This document shows positions 20,177-29,451 of a stretch of DNA of 47,796 nt, in pieces (position 1 is the stretch's first letter; each line of letters opens with the position of its first letter). The stretch spans positions 1 through 47,796 of the forward strand of contig CAWIEK010000028.1 in the NCBI GenBank assembly GCA_963835065.1, read 5' to 3'. The translations under genes were made by a program, and so were the position numbers. The notes below the pieces were generated by a model. The model searched no databases. It was not told where the DNA came from and saw nothing but the letters and a program-made list of their open reading frames with translations. The DNA is from an uncultured Chthonomonadaceae bacterium (GTDB lineage Bacteria; Armatimonadota; Chthonomonadetes; Chthonomonadales; Chthonomonadaceae).

Positions 20177-21125
20177 ACCCAAGTTGCTACCTAAGTTTTT
20201 AGCCCGTGATGGCAAACGCCAGCACGGTGAGGAACCCCTTCAACTCAAAACCACGCGGCGTGACCGCATGGATGCACGTGGCAAAACGCAAGTTGATCTG
20301 GCTGAACGTGGTTTCCACCCGCTTGCGTGTGTGCTGGCTCAGGTACGAAACCCAACCGGGCACTTGGCGCGTACTGTTCTTCTTGCGGGCGGCAATCAAG
20401 TCCACTCCCGCATGGTCGCTGAGGAAGTCCTCGACGGTGTAGTCGGTGTAAGCGGCATCGGCATGCACTTCGCTGGCTTCGGGCAAGTCGAGCGGCAAGG
20501 CGCGAAACATGGTAATGTCGGCGTCTGAACCCGGCGCAAGCACGATTTCGACCGGCTGACCGTTGCCGGCAATCAGCAGATGCACCTTTAACCCGTAGAA
20601 GTAGCGGTGTTTGCTGGCAATCACGCCGCGATACGCCTCGTCTTGGTACAACTTACAGCGGCGGATACGAATGTTGTCACAGACCGGAACCGGGCAACTA
20701 TCTACCACATACTCCCCCGACGGGTTGTTGTGCTGGGCACAAACGGCCAAAATGTGCCACAACGCCTGCCAGAGCGTGTCGGGCAAGGCATGAAGACGGC
20801 GATTGAGCCGACTTTTGGAGAGCATGTGGGGAATGTAGCCGTGTTCTTGAAGGAAAACACGCGCCAGTTCCTGGTTGCCCGTGAAGAACGTGGCGGCGAC
20901 AAGTGCGGTTGTCATCACTTCGGCATCGCTCATCCGCGCCTGGGGGTCTTCTTTGTGCCCATAGGCGCAAAGAAAGTCGGCACAAACACAGTAGATTGTG
21001 ATAATCTGTTCTTGCATAGCGGTTCTCCTGGATGGTGTTGGTTGGTACTTTCACTATACCAGAGACCGTTATGCACTTCACATCATGCTCGCTTGCTTGC
21101 TAACTGCTAAGGTAGCAACTTGGGT
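20177..21125 (-). mobile_element. IS982-family insertion sequence
   Basis: Terminal inverted repeats acccaagttgctacct / aggtagcaacttgggt; 6-bp direct repeat TAAGTA at 20171-20176 and 21126-21131. Confidence 0.9.
20199..21017 (-). CDS. IS982-family DDE transposase
   Basis: IITIYCVCAD, MSDAEV, VDSCPVPVC, YFYGLKVH, ADAAY, RKRVETTFS. Confidence 0.92.
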   Translation of the reverse strand: MQEQIITIYCVCADFLCAYGHKEDPQARMSDAEVMTTALVAATFFTGNQELARVFLQEHGYIPHMLSKSRLNRRLHALPDTLWQALWHILAVCAQHNNPSGEYVVDSCPVPVCDNIRIRRCKLYQDEAYRGVIASKHRYFYGLKVHLLIAGNGQPVEIVLAPGSDADITMFRALPLDLPEASEVHADAAYTDYTVEDFLSDHAGVDLIAARKKNSTRQVPGWVSYLSQHTRKRVETTFSQINLRFATCIHAVTPRGFELKGFLTVLAFAITG

Positions 21126-21127
21126 TA

Positions 21128-22559
21128 AGTACTCAGTTGGATTGAACATCAGCGTTATGTCTACCTAGATTGTCTACTATCGGGTACACTGGGAATATGA
21201 GCAAACATATTCCCCTTTACCTGACACCAGAGCAACGCTGCGAACTGGAAACTCTGATTAAGAGCGGCAATGCGCCCGCCCGTGTCCAAACCCGTGCCCG
21301 CATCTTGCTGCTGGCTGACCGGCGCCAAGAGCAGTGGCGTACCGACGCGCAAATTGCCGACATTCTCCTCTGCGCAGCCGGCACGGTTCTTGCCATCCGC
21401 CATCGCTTCTTACAAGAAGGATTGCAAGCCGCTCTCGTGGAGAAGCCGCGTCCGGGAGCCGTTCCCAAAATCACCGGCGACATCGAAGCGCAGATTACTG
21501 TGCTGGCGTGTAGCGATCCGCCCGAAGGTCACGCCCGCTGGACCGTGCGCTTACTGACCAATCGTGTCATTGAACTGGCTTTAGTAGACAAAATAGACCC
21601 CAGTACGGTCTGGATGCGTCTAAAAAAAACACGCTTAAGCCCTGGCAAGTGAAAACCTGGTGCATCGGAACGGCTTCGCCGACGTATGTTGCCAAGATGG
21701 AAGACGTGCTGGACGTCTATGCGCGTCCCTACAATGCCAAGCGTCCGGTCCTTTGTGTGGATGAAGGCGGCAAGGAATTGCGCGACACGCCGCAGGGAAC
21801 CCAACCCATGCAAGTGGGACACCCGGCCCGCCAAGACTACGAATACGAGCGGCTTGGCAAAGCCAATCTGTTCATGTCCGTCGAACCCCTTGCAGGCAAA
21901 CGGCGCGTTCGGGTGACCGAGCGGCACACCTATCCCGACTTTGCGCATGAACTGCGCCAGCATCGTGGATGACGACTACCCGGACGCGGAAATCGTGGTC
22001 GTGGTGTGCGACAACCTCAATACGCATACGCCCGCCTGCTTGTATGCCACTTTTGAACCGGTAGAAGCGCATCGCATCGCTGCCAAAATCGAGTGGCACT
22101 ACACACCCGAACATGGCAGTTGGCTCAATATGGCGGAATGTGAACGGTCGGTGTTGGCGCGGCAGTGCTTAGACCGCCGTATTCCTGACATCCAGACGCT
22201 GACGCAGGAAGCGGCGTATTGGGAACAAAGGCGCAATGGGATGCGGGTCAAGATTGACTGGCAATTCACCGCAGCCGATGCGCGTATCAAGTTACGGCGG
22301 TTGTATCCGGTTCTGAAAGCGTTGCCGGGAACAACGGGGTAGAAGCCACGCCGTCAGGTAGCGGTAATGGCGAACGTCCAATTCGTTTTCGCGTCAGGAA
22401 GCCCGCAGAGGGGCTTCTACCCGGTTTCGCGGCGAGAATGCCCTGAGAAATTTCAGAACGTTTCCGTTGCAACGAACGTTTTGGCGATGCTTGCAGCGCC
22501 GACAGGATAGTAGACAATCTAGGTAGACACAACGCTGATGTTCAATCCAACTGAGTACT
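21128..22559 (+). mobile_element. IS630-family insertion sequence with 54-bp terminal inverted repeats
   Basis: 21128-21181 versus 22506-22559 match 53/54; TA on both flanks; the reconstructed empty site is CTAG. Confidence 0.88.
21197..22342 (+). CDS. IS630 transposase (orfA/orfB, A8 slippery site) with an extra frameshift near 21958
   Basis: HTH orfA (RARILLLAD, PPEGHARWTVRLL); A8 run at 21622-21629; DDE motifs CVDE, VCDNLNTH, SWLNMAE split over two frames. Confidence 0.85.
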
Positions 22560-23461
22560 TAGCCACCTTTCGCCACTTGAAGGAGGCCCTCCGCCGCCTT
22601 GAACTGCGTGGCAAGGTCCTTTTTAATAACTTCCCACATTGCCTCATCGAAGGCGAGCCATTCCGCCACTTCCGGGTCGAGCGGGCAGGGCTGCGTGTGT
22701 TCCGAGGTTTTGTAGCCGCACTCCCATGCCAGCCACTCTCCCGCGTGGGCGATCAGCACCAGTTCCGAAATATCCTTGTAGCGCATCGGCTCGTGATGCC
22801 CGCCCATAATGGATACCAGATGCTGCGGAAAATTCCAGTGTTCGCCAATGCGCCTGCCGACTGTCGCGTGGTCTATACCCAACACCATCGTTTCCGAGTC
22901 GCGGGCGGATTTGCCTTCCCGCGCGGCAAACGCCATCGCTACCGCGTACTGCACCGGAAAATAACTGTCCAGAAACAGCGCGCCGACATCGTGCAGCAGG
23001 CCGCCGACAAAAGCCTCTTCGCCCGCCGTCCGCACTTTGGGCAGGCGTTTCTTGCCGATGACGCTGCCCGCAATCCCCGTCGCTACCGAGTGTTCCCAAA
23101 ACTGTGTCCGGTTCAGGCCATACGGCATGCTTTTCTGGCTGAGAAGCCCGAAGGCCGACACGCCCAATACCAGATTGCGAACCGTGTTGTAACCCAAAAT
23201 TACCACTGCCTGCGTCAGTGTGCTGATACGCTTGGGAAAACCGTAATAAGCCGAGTTGACGATGCGCAGCACTTTGGACGCCAATCCCTGATCCATGGAA
23301 ATCAGGCGGTTGAGTTCTTCGGCAGTCGTTTCCGGGTTGTTGATCGTTTCCATAATCCGCGCGACCACGGCGGGCAGCGGAGGCAAATCCGCCAACTTCT
23401 TTTCCAGCGTCTGGTTGAAAACCGCGCGGTCAATGCGAATGGATTTTATATCGGGCGGCAT
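22559..23461 (-). CDS. HDOD domain protein
   Basis: LPPLPAVV, DQGLASKVLRIVNSAYYG, FWEHS, GLLHDVG, DHATVG. Confidence 0.9.
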   Translation of the reverse strand: MPPDIKSIRIDRAVFNQTLEKKLADLPPLPAVVARIMETINNPETTAEELNRLISMDQGLASKVLRIVNSAYYGFPKRISTLTQAVVILGYNTVRNLVLGVSAFGLLSQKSMPYGLNRTQFWEHSVATGIAGSVIGKKRLPKVRTAGEEAFVGGLLHDVGALFLDSYFPVQYAVAMAFAAREGKSARDSETMVLGIDHATVGRRIGEHWNFPQHLVSIMGGHHEPMRYKDISELVLIAHAGEWLAWECGYKTSEHTQPCPLDPEVAEWLAFDEAMWEVIKKDLATQFKAAEGLLQVAKGG

Positions 23462-23775
23462 GAGCCTTTCCTTTCCCTCCGGCAGCAATGGCCGTTAAAC
23501 TGTGAAACCTGTCCTGCGGTCCACTCCTCCATCCGTGGAAGCGGCAGTGTCTCCTGCTTCCGGCAGCGATAAAGTGGATGCTGAAAATGTGTCAGTGCCC
23601 CTGATTTTCGGACAGGAACAAAGGCAACTTTAGGCAGGCATGGAAAGAAGTTATGAAAACTACCGTGAACAAGGTAGGAGGCGAGGGCCGCCGCAGGAAT
23701 AGCCATCGCGCAAAAAGCAAAATTTTTATGAAATTTCCTTAAATTTGGGAACATGCTGACGCTAGCATCCGTATT

Positions 23776-23796
23776 ATTGAGTGTTGAACGCTCAAT
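23776..23796 (+). promoter_or_regulatory. HAIR-like inverted repeat (putative HspR operator)
   Basis: ATTGAGT-N7-GCTCAAT versus consensus CTTGAGT-N7-ACTCAAG, upstream of hsp20. Confidence 0.55.
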
Positions 23797-23852
23797 GAGC
23801 GTACTGCCGATTGTATAAAGACGAGCCTATCATTATTCAGGAGGAAAATCAA

Positions 23853-24458
23853 ATGAACCGTAATTCTTCTCAAGGAACCGCTCTCGCTTCCCGCAACGCG
23901 CAGCCGCTGAACCGCTGGAATCCCTGGTCGGAATTCGAGCAGATGCGCCGCGAGATGGATACCCTGATGGGTGGACTGATCCCGGCGATGCCGCAGGCGC
24001 GGCTTGCCGCTCTGCCCGGAGCCGCCCTGAACTACGACCTTGAATTTTCACCGGATATTTACGAGACTGCCGGAGAGTTCGTGTTTGTCGCGCCCATCCC
24101 CGGACTGGACAGCAACGACCTGCAAATCGAAGTGACGGAAAACACGCTCACGCTGAAAGGCGAGCGCAAGCCGTTCTTCCAGCAGGAGGGAGCAACGCAG
24201 CATCGCCAATCCTGGTGGTCTGCCCGGCTGGGAGCGTTTCAGGCCAGTTTCACGCTGCCCGTTGAAATCAACGCCGAGGGCGTTCAGGCGCATTACCGCA
24301 ATGGCGTTCTGGAACTGCACCTGCCCAAAGCCGAACCTGCCAAGCCCAAGACCGTGAAGGTGAATATCAGCGGCAATCCGGCCCCGGCTACCATTGAAAG
24401 CGCGCCCGCCGGTGAAAATACGGCGACAGAACCCGTCACCGAAGCGAACGCGCAGTAA
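23853..24458 (+). CDS. Hsp20/alpha-crystallin small heat-shock protein
   Basis: RBS AGGAGG; DIYET, IPGLD, LTLKGERK, AHYRNGVLELHLPK. Confidence 0.93.
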   Translation: MNRNSSQGTALASRNAQPLNRWNPWSEFEQMRREMDTLMGGLIPAMPQARLAALPGAALNYDLEFSPDIYETAGEFVFVAPIPGLDSNDLQIEVTENTLTLKGERKPFFQQEGATQHRQSWWSARLGAFQASFTLPVEINAEGVQAHYRNGVLELHLPKAEPAKPKTVKVNISGNPAPATIESAPAGENTATEPVTEANAQ

Positions 24459-24498
24459 CGTTGAACAGTTGATAGTTTGTAGTTTGTAGATGATAGAG

Positions 24499-24560
24499 CG
24501 GCCTGAACAACAGAGTTCTTTACAGGAACGAACGCTGTTGTTCAGGCCGTATTGTCTTTG
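24499..24560 (+). terminator. Hairpin followed by a T-rich stretch after hsp20
   Basis: cggcctgaacaacag ... ctgttgttcaggccg, then tattgtcttt. Confidence 0.55.
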
Positions 24561-24716
24561 GTTCCCCTTCATTGCGAGTGGAAAATAAGCCCCGCAATTA
24601 TGCGATAGTTGCTCCTATTGCGCTATTCTTGGCAAAATTCAATGTCACAACTTTTCCTATTCCGACGTGCGTATGGAATAGTAGAACCATGCAATCGCAG
24701 GAAGTGAGAGTCGGCC

Positions 24717-27077
24717 ATGTACAAATCTTCTAAAATTCCGTTGTCTTCCCTGCATTGCGGGACGAAATCTGCCGATATTAAGCAAAATTCAAGGAAAGCA
24801 AATACCGCTCGACGGTTCGCGCAGGCCGTCGCTTTGACGGCAAGCGCCCTCGTGACGTGCGCTGGTTTGCGTCACACAGCAATGGCAAAAACAATCACTA
24901 CTGTCAACGAAGACAGGCTCATCCTTACCCGACCCGCCGGGAAAACGACATCAAAGCGGGTTCAGCGACAATTGGAGCGTGTAGATGTCCGGCGCATCCC
25001 TTCTACCCGAACCTTATTTGAATATCGGCGCGACGACAACACGCCGAATAACGTAACGACTGTGCGTTTGGATGCGGCGCGGCAAGCGTCAGCGCCCGTC
25101 AGCCCCAACATTTTCGGCAATTTCATCGAGCATCTTGGCGGCGTCGTCTATCAGGCGCTCTGGTCGCAGCTTCTGCTCAACCCGAACCTGGAGCGGATCG
25201 AAGAGCGCGATACGCTGCCTGCCGAGTGGCGCAAAACCGGCGCGGCCATCTGGCAGGCGGACGGCTACCGCTCGCCCATGTACATGCGCCTGAATCCGGC
25301 GTCCAAAAAGACTATTTCCACGACGTTATGGCAGCACGTTTCCCTGCCCGCGCACCGAACCACGCATTACAACGTGACGCTGGTAGCCCGCGCCCCGCAA
25401 GGCGAAGGCAAAATCCGCGTTGCATTGGCGCGGGAACAGGAAGGCAGAGGGGGAGAGGGGGAGAAGAGGAGAGAGGGAGACGGGGAACTATCAACTATCA
25501 ACTATCAACTATCAACTCTCTTCGACGTGCCTCAGCGCGACTGGCAGACATTGCGCTGTACGCTGGTGGTGCCGAAGTCGGCGCGGCCCGAAGAGAACCT
25601 GTGGCGGTTTGTCGTCGTGCAGGAGGGCGGGCAGGCCGTTGACGTGGATCAGGTGGAGATGTTCCCGAACGACAGCGTGGACGGTTTCGACCCGGATGTT
25701 TTAGGACGAACGCGCGTTTGGGGCGTACCCCTGCTGCGCTATCCCGGCGGCAATTTTGCCAGCGGCTACAACTGGCAGGATGGCGTTGGCCCGCACGCGC
25801 TACGCCCGACCCGGCGCAATCCCGCGTGGGGCGGCATCGAACCTAACCATGTCGGCACGAACGAGTTTATGACGTTTGCGCGATTGGTGGGCGCAACGCC
25901 GCAGTTGACCGTCAATGCGGGCGATGGGACGCCGCAGGAAGCCGCTAATTGGGTACGTTACTGCAACGCGCCTGCTTCCAATGACAAGTGGGGCCGGATG
26001 CGGGCAGCCAATGGCAGCCAGAAACCTTACAACGTGAAAATTTGGGAAGTGGGCAACGAACTGTACGGCGGCTGGCAGATCGGACACGCCGAATCGCAGG
26101 AAAACGCCAACCGCTTCGTTACGTTCCGCGATGCCATGCTGACGGCGGACCCGACCTTGCGCCTGATTGCAACGGGCAAGGGCGACGAGTTCACGGCTGC
26201 CGGCCAGAAGCGCGATGATGCGTGGAACGACGCCCTGCTGCAAACGGCGGTCAAGGACGGCGGACGCGCGCCCGATTGGATTTCGCTGCATCCGCTCGTG
26301 CCCCTACCGGACTATGCGCGGGGCGCGACGTATGACGAGCAGTTGGAAAGCGCCCTTGCGCACCCCGCGTATCTGGACAACACGCTGATACCGGATGTGA
26401 TCGGCCACATCGAAGCCGTCGAGGGCAGCAGCGCCCGGACGCGCATTGCGATTACGGAATGGGGCATCATCGTGGGCGGCAGGGAGTGGGAAAGCGGGCC
26501 GAACCATGACACGCTTTCAGGAGCCATTTATAACGCCCTTGCGCTGAACGCCATGCTGCGCCACAGCGATTGGGTCACGCTCGCCAACATGACCGCCCTC
26601 CTGCACGGCGGCGGCATCAAGAAGTGGGAAGGCATCGTGTATGTGGACCCGCAGTATTATACGCAGCAGATGTACACCCTTGCCCATCCCCACGCGCCGA
26701 TTGCGACAACGACAACGGGGCCGGGACGCGACGTGCCGGCAAGGGGCAAAATGCCCGCCGTACGCGACGTGCCGGACGTGGACGTGTTCGCCGCCCGCGC
26801 CCAGGACAATCGCAAACTGGTAGTTTTCGCCGTAAACCGACACCGGAGCGAAGCGCGTCCCCTGCGCCTGCAAGTGGATCACTTTACCACGCACAAGGTT
26901 ACGGCGACGATCCTGACCGCCGACCAACCGCAGGCGCGTAACACGCTCGAAGCGCCCAACGCCGTCGAACCGCGCCCCCTCGACGTTCCGGCCTGGCCGC
27001 GCGAACCCGGCACAGACTGGCAGATCAGCATCCCACCCCATTCGCTTGTCGTGCTGACGCTGGAGGGGAAAGGTTGA
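24717..27077 (+). CDS. Alpha-L-arabinofuranosidase (GH51) with CBM4-like insert and a repeat-derived insertion
   Basis: FGNFIEHLG, LRYPGGNFASGYNWQDGVG, GTNEF, WEVGNE, ITEWG, IPPHSLVVL. Confidence 0.9.
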   Translation: MYKSSKIPLSSLHCGTKSADIKQNSRKANTARRFAQAVALTASALVTCAGLRHTAMAKTITTVNEDRLILTRPAGKTTSKRVQRQLERVDVRRIPSTRTLFEYRRDDNTPNNVTTVRLDAARQASAPVSPNIFGNFIEHLGGVVYQALWSQLLLNPNLERIEERDTLPAEWRKTGAAIWQADGYRSPMYMRLNPASKKTISTTLWQHVSLPAHRTTHYNVTLVARAPQGEGKIRVALAREQEGRGGEGEKRREGDGELSTINYQLSTLFDVPQRDWQTLRCTLVVPKSARPEENLWRFVVVQEGGQAVDVDQVEMFPNDSVDGFDPDVLGRTRVWGVPLLRYPGGNFASGYNWQDGVGPHALRPTRRNPAWGGIEPNHVGTNEFMTFARLVGATPQLTVNAGDGTPQEAANWVRYCNAPASNDKWGRMRAANGSQKPYNVKIWEVGNELYGGWQIGHAESQENANRFVTFRDAMLTADPTLRLIATGKGDEFTAAGQKRDDAWNDALLQTAVKDGGRAPDWISLHPLVPLPDYARGATYDEQLESALAHPAYLDNTLIPDVIGHIEAVEGSSARTRIAITEWGIIVGGREWESGPNHDTLSGAIYNALALNAMLRHSDWVTLANMTALLHGGGIKKWEGIVYVDPQYYTQQMYTLAHPHAPIATTTTGPGRDVPARGKMPAVRDVPDVDVFAARAQDNRKLVVFAVNRHRSEARPLRLQVDHFTTHKVTATILTADQPQARNTLEAPNAVEPRPLDVPAWPREPGTDWQISIPPHSLVVLTLEGKG

Positions 27078-27101
27078 GGGTTGAGGGGAGGTTGAAATAA
27101 A

Positions 27102-27139
27102 ACCGCGCGCTTTTACATTAAATTGTAAAGGCGCGCGGT
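27102..27139. terminator. Hairpin between convergent genes
   Basis: accgcgcgcttttaca-ttaaat-tgtaaaggcgcgcggt. Confidence 0.6.
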
Positions 27140-27170
27140 ACTTCGTGTATTCAGCACCAACAGCATCGAG

Positions 27171-28354
27171 TCATTCCGCTTCTTTTGGACGTGGAAACTT
27201 TGTTTCCAGATAGGCGCGAAGCTTTTGCCCCTCTTTACCTGCAAATGAAACAGGATGGGCTTCCCACCAATTCGTCTCCTTGAGGTCAGCCCCGATAAGG
27301 TAGGCTCCCCGGAGGTCTGCCCCGAAGAGATTTGCCTTGCTGAGGTATGCTCCCCGGAGGTCTGCCCCATTGAGTTCAGCCCCAACGAGGTCAGCCCCGA
27401 TAAGGTAGGCTCCCCGGAGGTCTGCCCCGAAGAGGTTTACTCCGGCGAGGTTTGCTTCCCGGAGGTCTACCCCGACAAGGTTTACCCCGACGAGGTTTGC
27501 TTCCCGGAGGTTTGCCCGGTTGAGGTCTGCGCTGACCTGAGGTCGGCCCCAGTAAGGTATGCTCTAGGATGGAAGCGACTTCGCATCCCTCTATTTAAAA
27601 GAAAGTATTCTACGCCTATACCACCCAAAATCAGGAATGGCAGCACGTTCAGCCCAATCGATTTCTTCGCCAGAAGCAACAGACCGAGTGGGGCTAATAT
27701 GAGGATGCTGAAAGCATAGGTGGTGAGTGTTGCGGGCAGTGTCGTTCCTCGGAAGCCTTCCAGAAGAAAAGCGATTGGGGAAGTATGTCTGTTTCGATTT
27801 ATTGTGTGTTATTCCGATTCTCAACGACCTCTTGCCCCGTGACCTCTTGCCCCGTTTTAGTCATTTGATATCCCGACAGATCGACTTTTTCGGTCGCGGT
27901 TTGTTGAGGCGTCTTGGTTTCGATGGTTGCAGCAACAGAAGAAACATTTGCAGAGATTTCGTGTTGGGCGCGCTTTCCTTCTAATGTTTCTTTGTCGCGT
28001 TCCAATTTGATAATATCTATCTCCTCTTTGATTACGCTTTTCCTGTGCTGTAGATCCTTCAACTCTCGCGCACGGCGGGACTCTGTCAAGTTCATCTCGA
28101 TGTTTTGCGTGCATGAACAGAGCAGTATTGAAAGCAAACTGACCCAGGACAATCATCATTACAATGACGCTCATTACATAAATGGGGTTGCGTAGATTTT
28201 CCGGCAGGTTTTGCGCCGTTTTCAAGTAGGTCAGCAAGGCCGCGTCGAACGCTCCAAAGACGGCGGCGCTGAGGAAGTTATTGAGTATTGGGTTCGGAGG
28301 CTTCTTCGGCTCTTGGGGCGCTTCCGGTGTCGGCTTACTGGCCGCGTTTGTCAT
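27171..28354 (-). pseudogene. Membrane protein with C-terminal pentapeptide repeats, split by about 3 frameshifts
   Basis: Minus strand reads YLTGADLRS / ADLNRANLREANLVGVNLVGVDLREANL...GADLRGAYLIGADLKETNWW...KEAE* (stop 27171). Upstream fragments contain TM helices and a coiled coil. Shifts near 28145, 27810 and 27530. Confidence 0.65.
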
Positions 28355-28662
28355 AATATACAACCTCTTGTGTGCTGCAATGTAAGAGTATTCGGCTGTA
28401 ATATGCCATCTTCCTGATGCAGCATTACCTCCGCTTGTGCGTGAATGGCATACTCTACGGAAGCCTCCTCCGTATCTTCTCCCAGCAAAGTATAGGCGTC
28501 AAAGCGTTGTTTTTCTTCTTCTGCATGGACAATCGCTTCCAAATTCCGCTGAATATACGTGTTGAGACTTTGCGAATGTTGACGCGCTGCCTGCGCAATG
28601 GCAGTGTACAAATCAGGGGATAGACGCAGAGTGATTGCTTTGACTTCTTGTGCTGTCGCCAT
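28351..28662 (-). CDS. Ribbon-helix-helix (HicB/CopG-like) antitoxin-type protein
   Basis: KAITLRLSPDLYTAIAQAARQHSQSLNTYI; RBS GGAGG. Confidence 0.7.
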   Translation of the reverse strand: MATAQEVKAITLRLSPDLYTAIAQAARQHSQSLNTYIQRNLEAIVHAEEEKQRFDAYTLLGEDTEEASVEYAIHAQAEVMLHQEDGILQPNTLTLQHTRGCIL

Positions 28663-28818
28663 GATGCAACCTCCCGGCATAGAATTAGATGCGTTTTGAT
28701 GATACCACAACTGTGATGTGCGGTCACTCCCAATAGTCTTCCCATTTGTCGCCAATGGCGCGTTTCAGTTTCTCCATGTAGGCCATTGTTTTGATTTTTT
28801 TATGTCCGTTATTAGTTT

Positions 28819-29436
28819 TTATTGCGACTCTTGTACAGCGTTTTCCGCTTCCGGCGCACCGGCATACAGCACATCCCTGCGCAGCAGGTATTTGCGCCCG
28901 CCCAGAAGTGGAGCGCCCTCGTGCTTGCGCTCATGCACAAAGAACAAGCCCATGCCTGTTTGTGGAACCACGACAATCTCATTAGTGAGGATGCCGTCAA
29001 GCGTATGCGTGTAATCGCGGAATTTGGTTTCGCCGCCGGTATACTCCACATTCAAATAGATCAGAAAAGACAGGCGGCTAATCAATCCTTCCGCGGTCTG
29101 TACCCGCCCGTCCTGATGGCGCTTAAAACGCTATCCCACGTCGTAGCGATAGAAGCGCAGGCGCGGGTTCAAGCCTGCCACAGCAAAGCCATCCATCTCC
29201 TGCGGCACATACGCGCGAACGCGCTCCCATAAATCGGATGTAAAGGCCGCATCTTCCCACGTCACGCGATCATTATTGCGAACATGCGTCAGCATTTGCG
29301 CGCCCGCAGCCGTTGCTACCGACGCGGCCTCAAACCCCATGCCCTCGCCCCGCGCAATCAGTTCCCGACACTCTTCCACACTAAAGACAGCAGGAACCGT
29401 AAAAATGTCCGCATCCAATGCGACAACGTTTTTCAT
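28819..29436 (-). pseudogene. 2OG-Fe(II) oxygenase (prolyl 4-hydroxylase-like) with an in-frame TAG
   Basis: GLNPRLRFYRYDVG*RFKRHQDG...LSFLIYLN...GGET...KHEG...KYLLR; both ORFs are in the same frame. Confidence 0.8.
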
Positions 29437-29451
29437 CCTTCATCCTTGCTC

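Noticed and set aside
22538..23572. Long antisense ORFs (also 5406..6335, 3272..4255, 39307..40311, 43270..44571)
   Set aside because: They overlap well-supported genes on the opposite strand and are expected in high-GC DNA.
27255..27719. Plus-strand ORF with EVCPE repeats
   Set aside because: It is the antisense shadow of the minus-strand pentapeptide-repeat gene.
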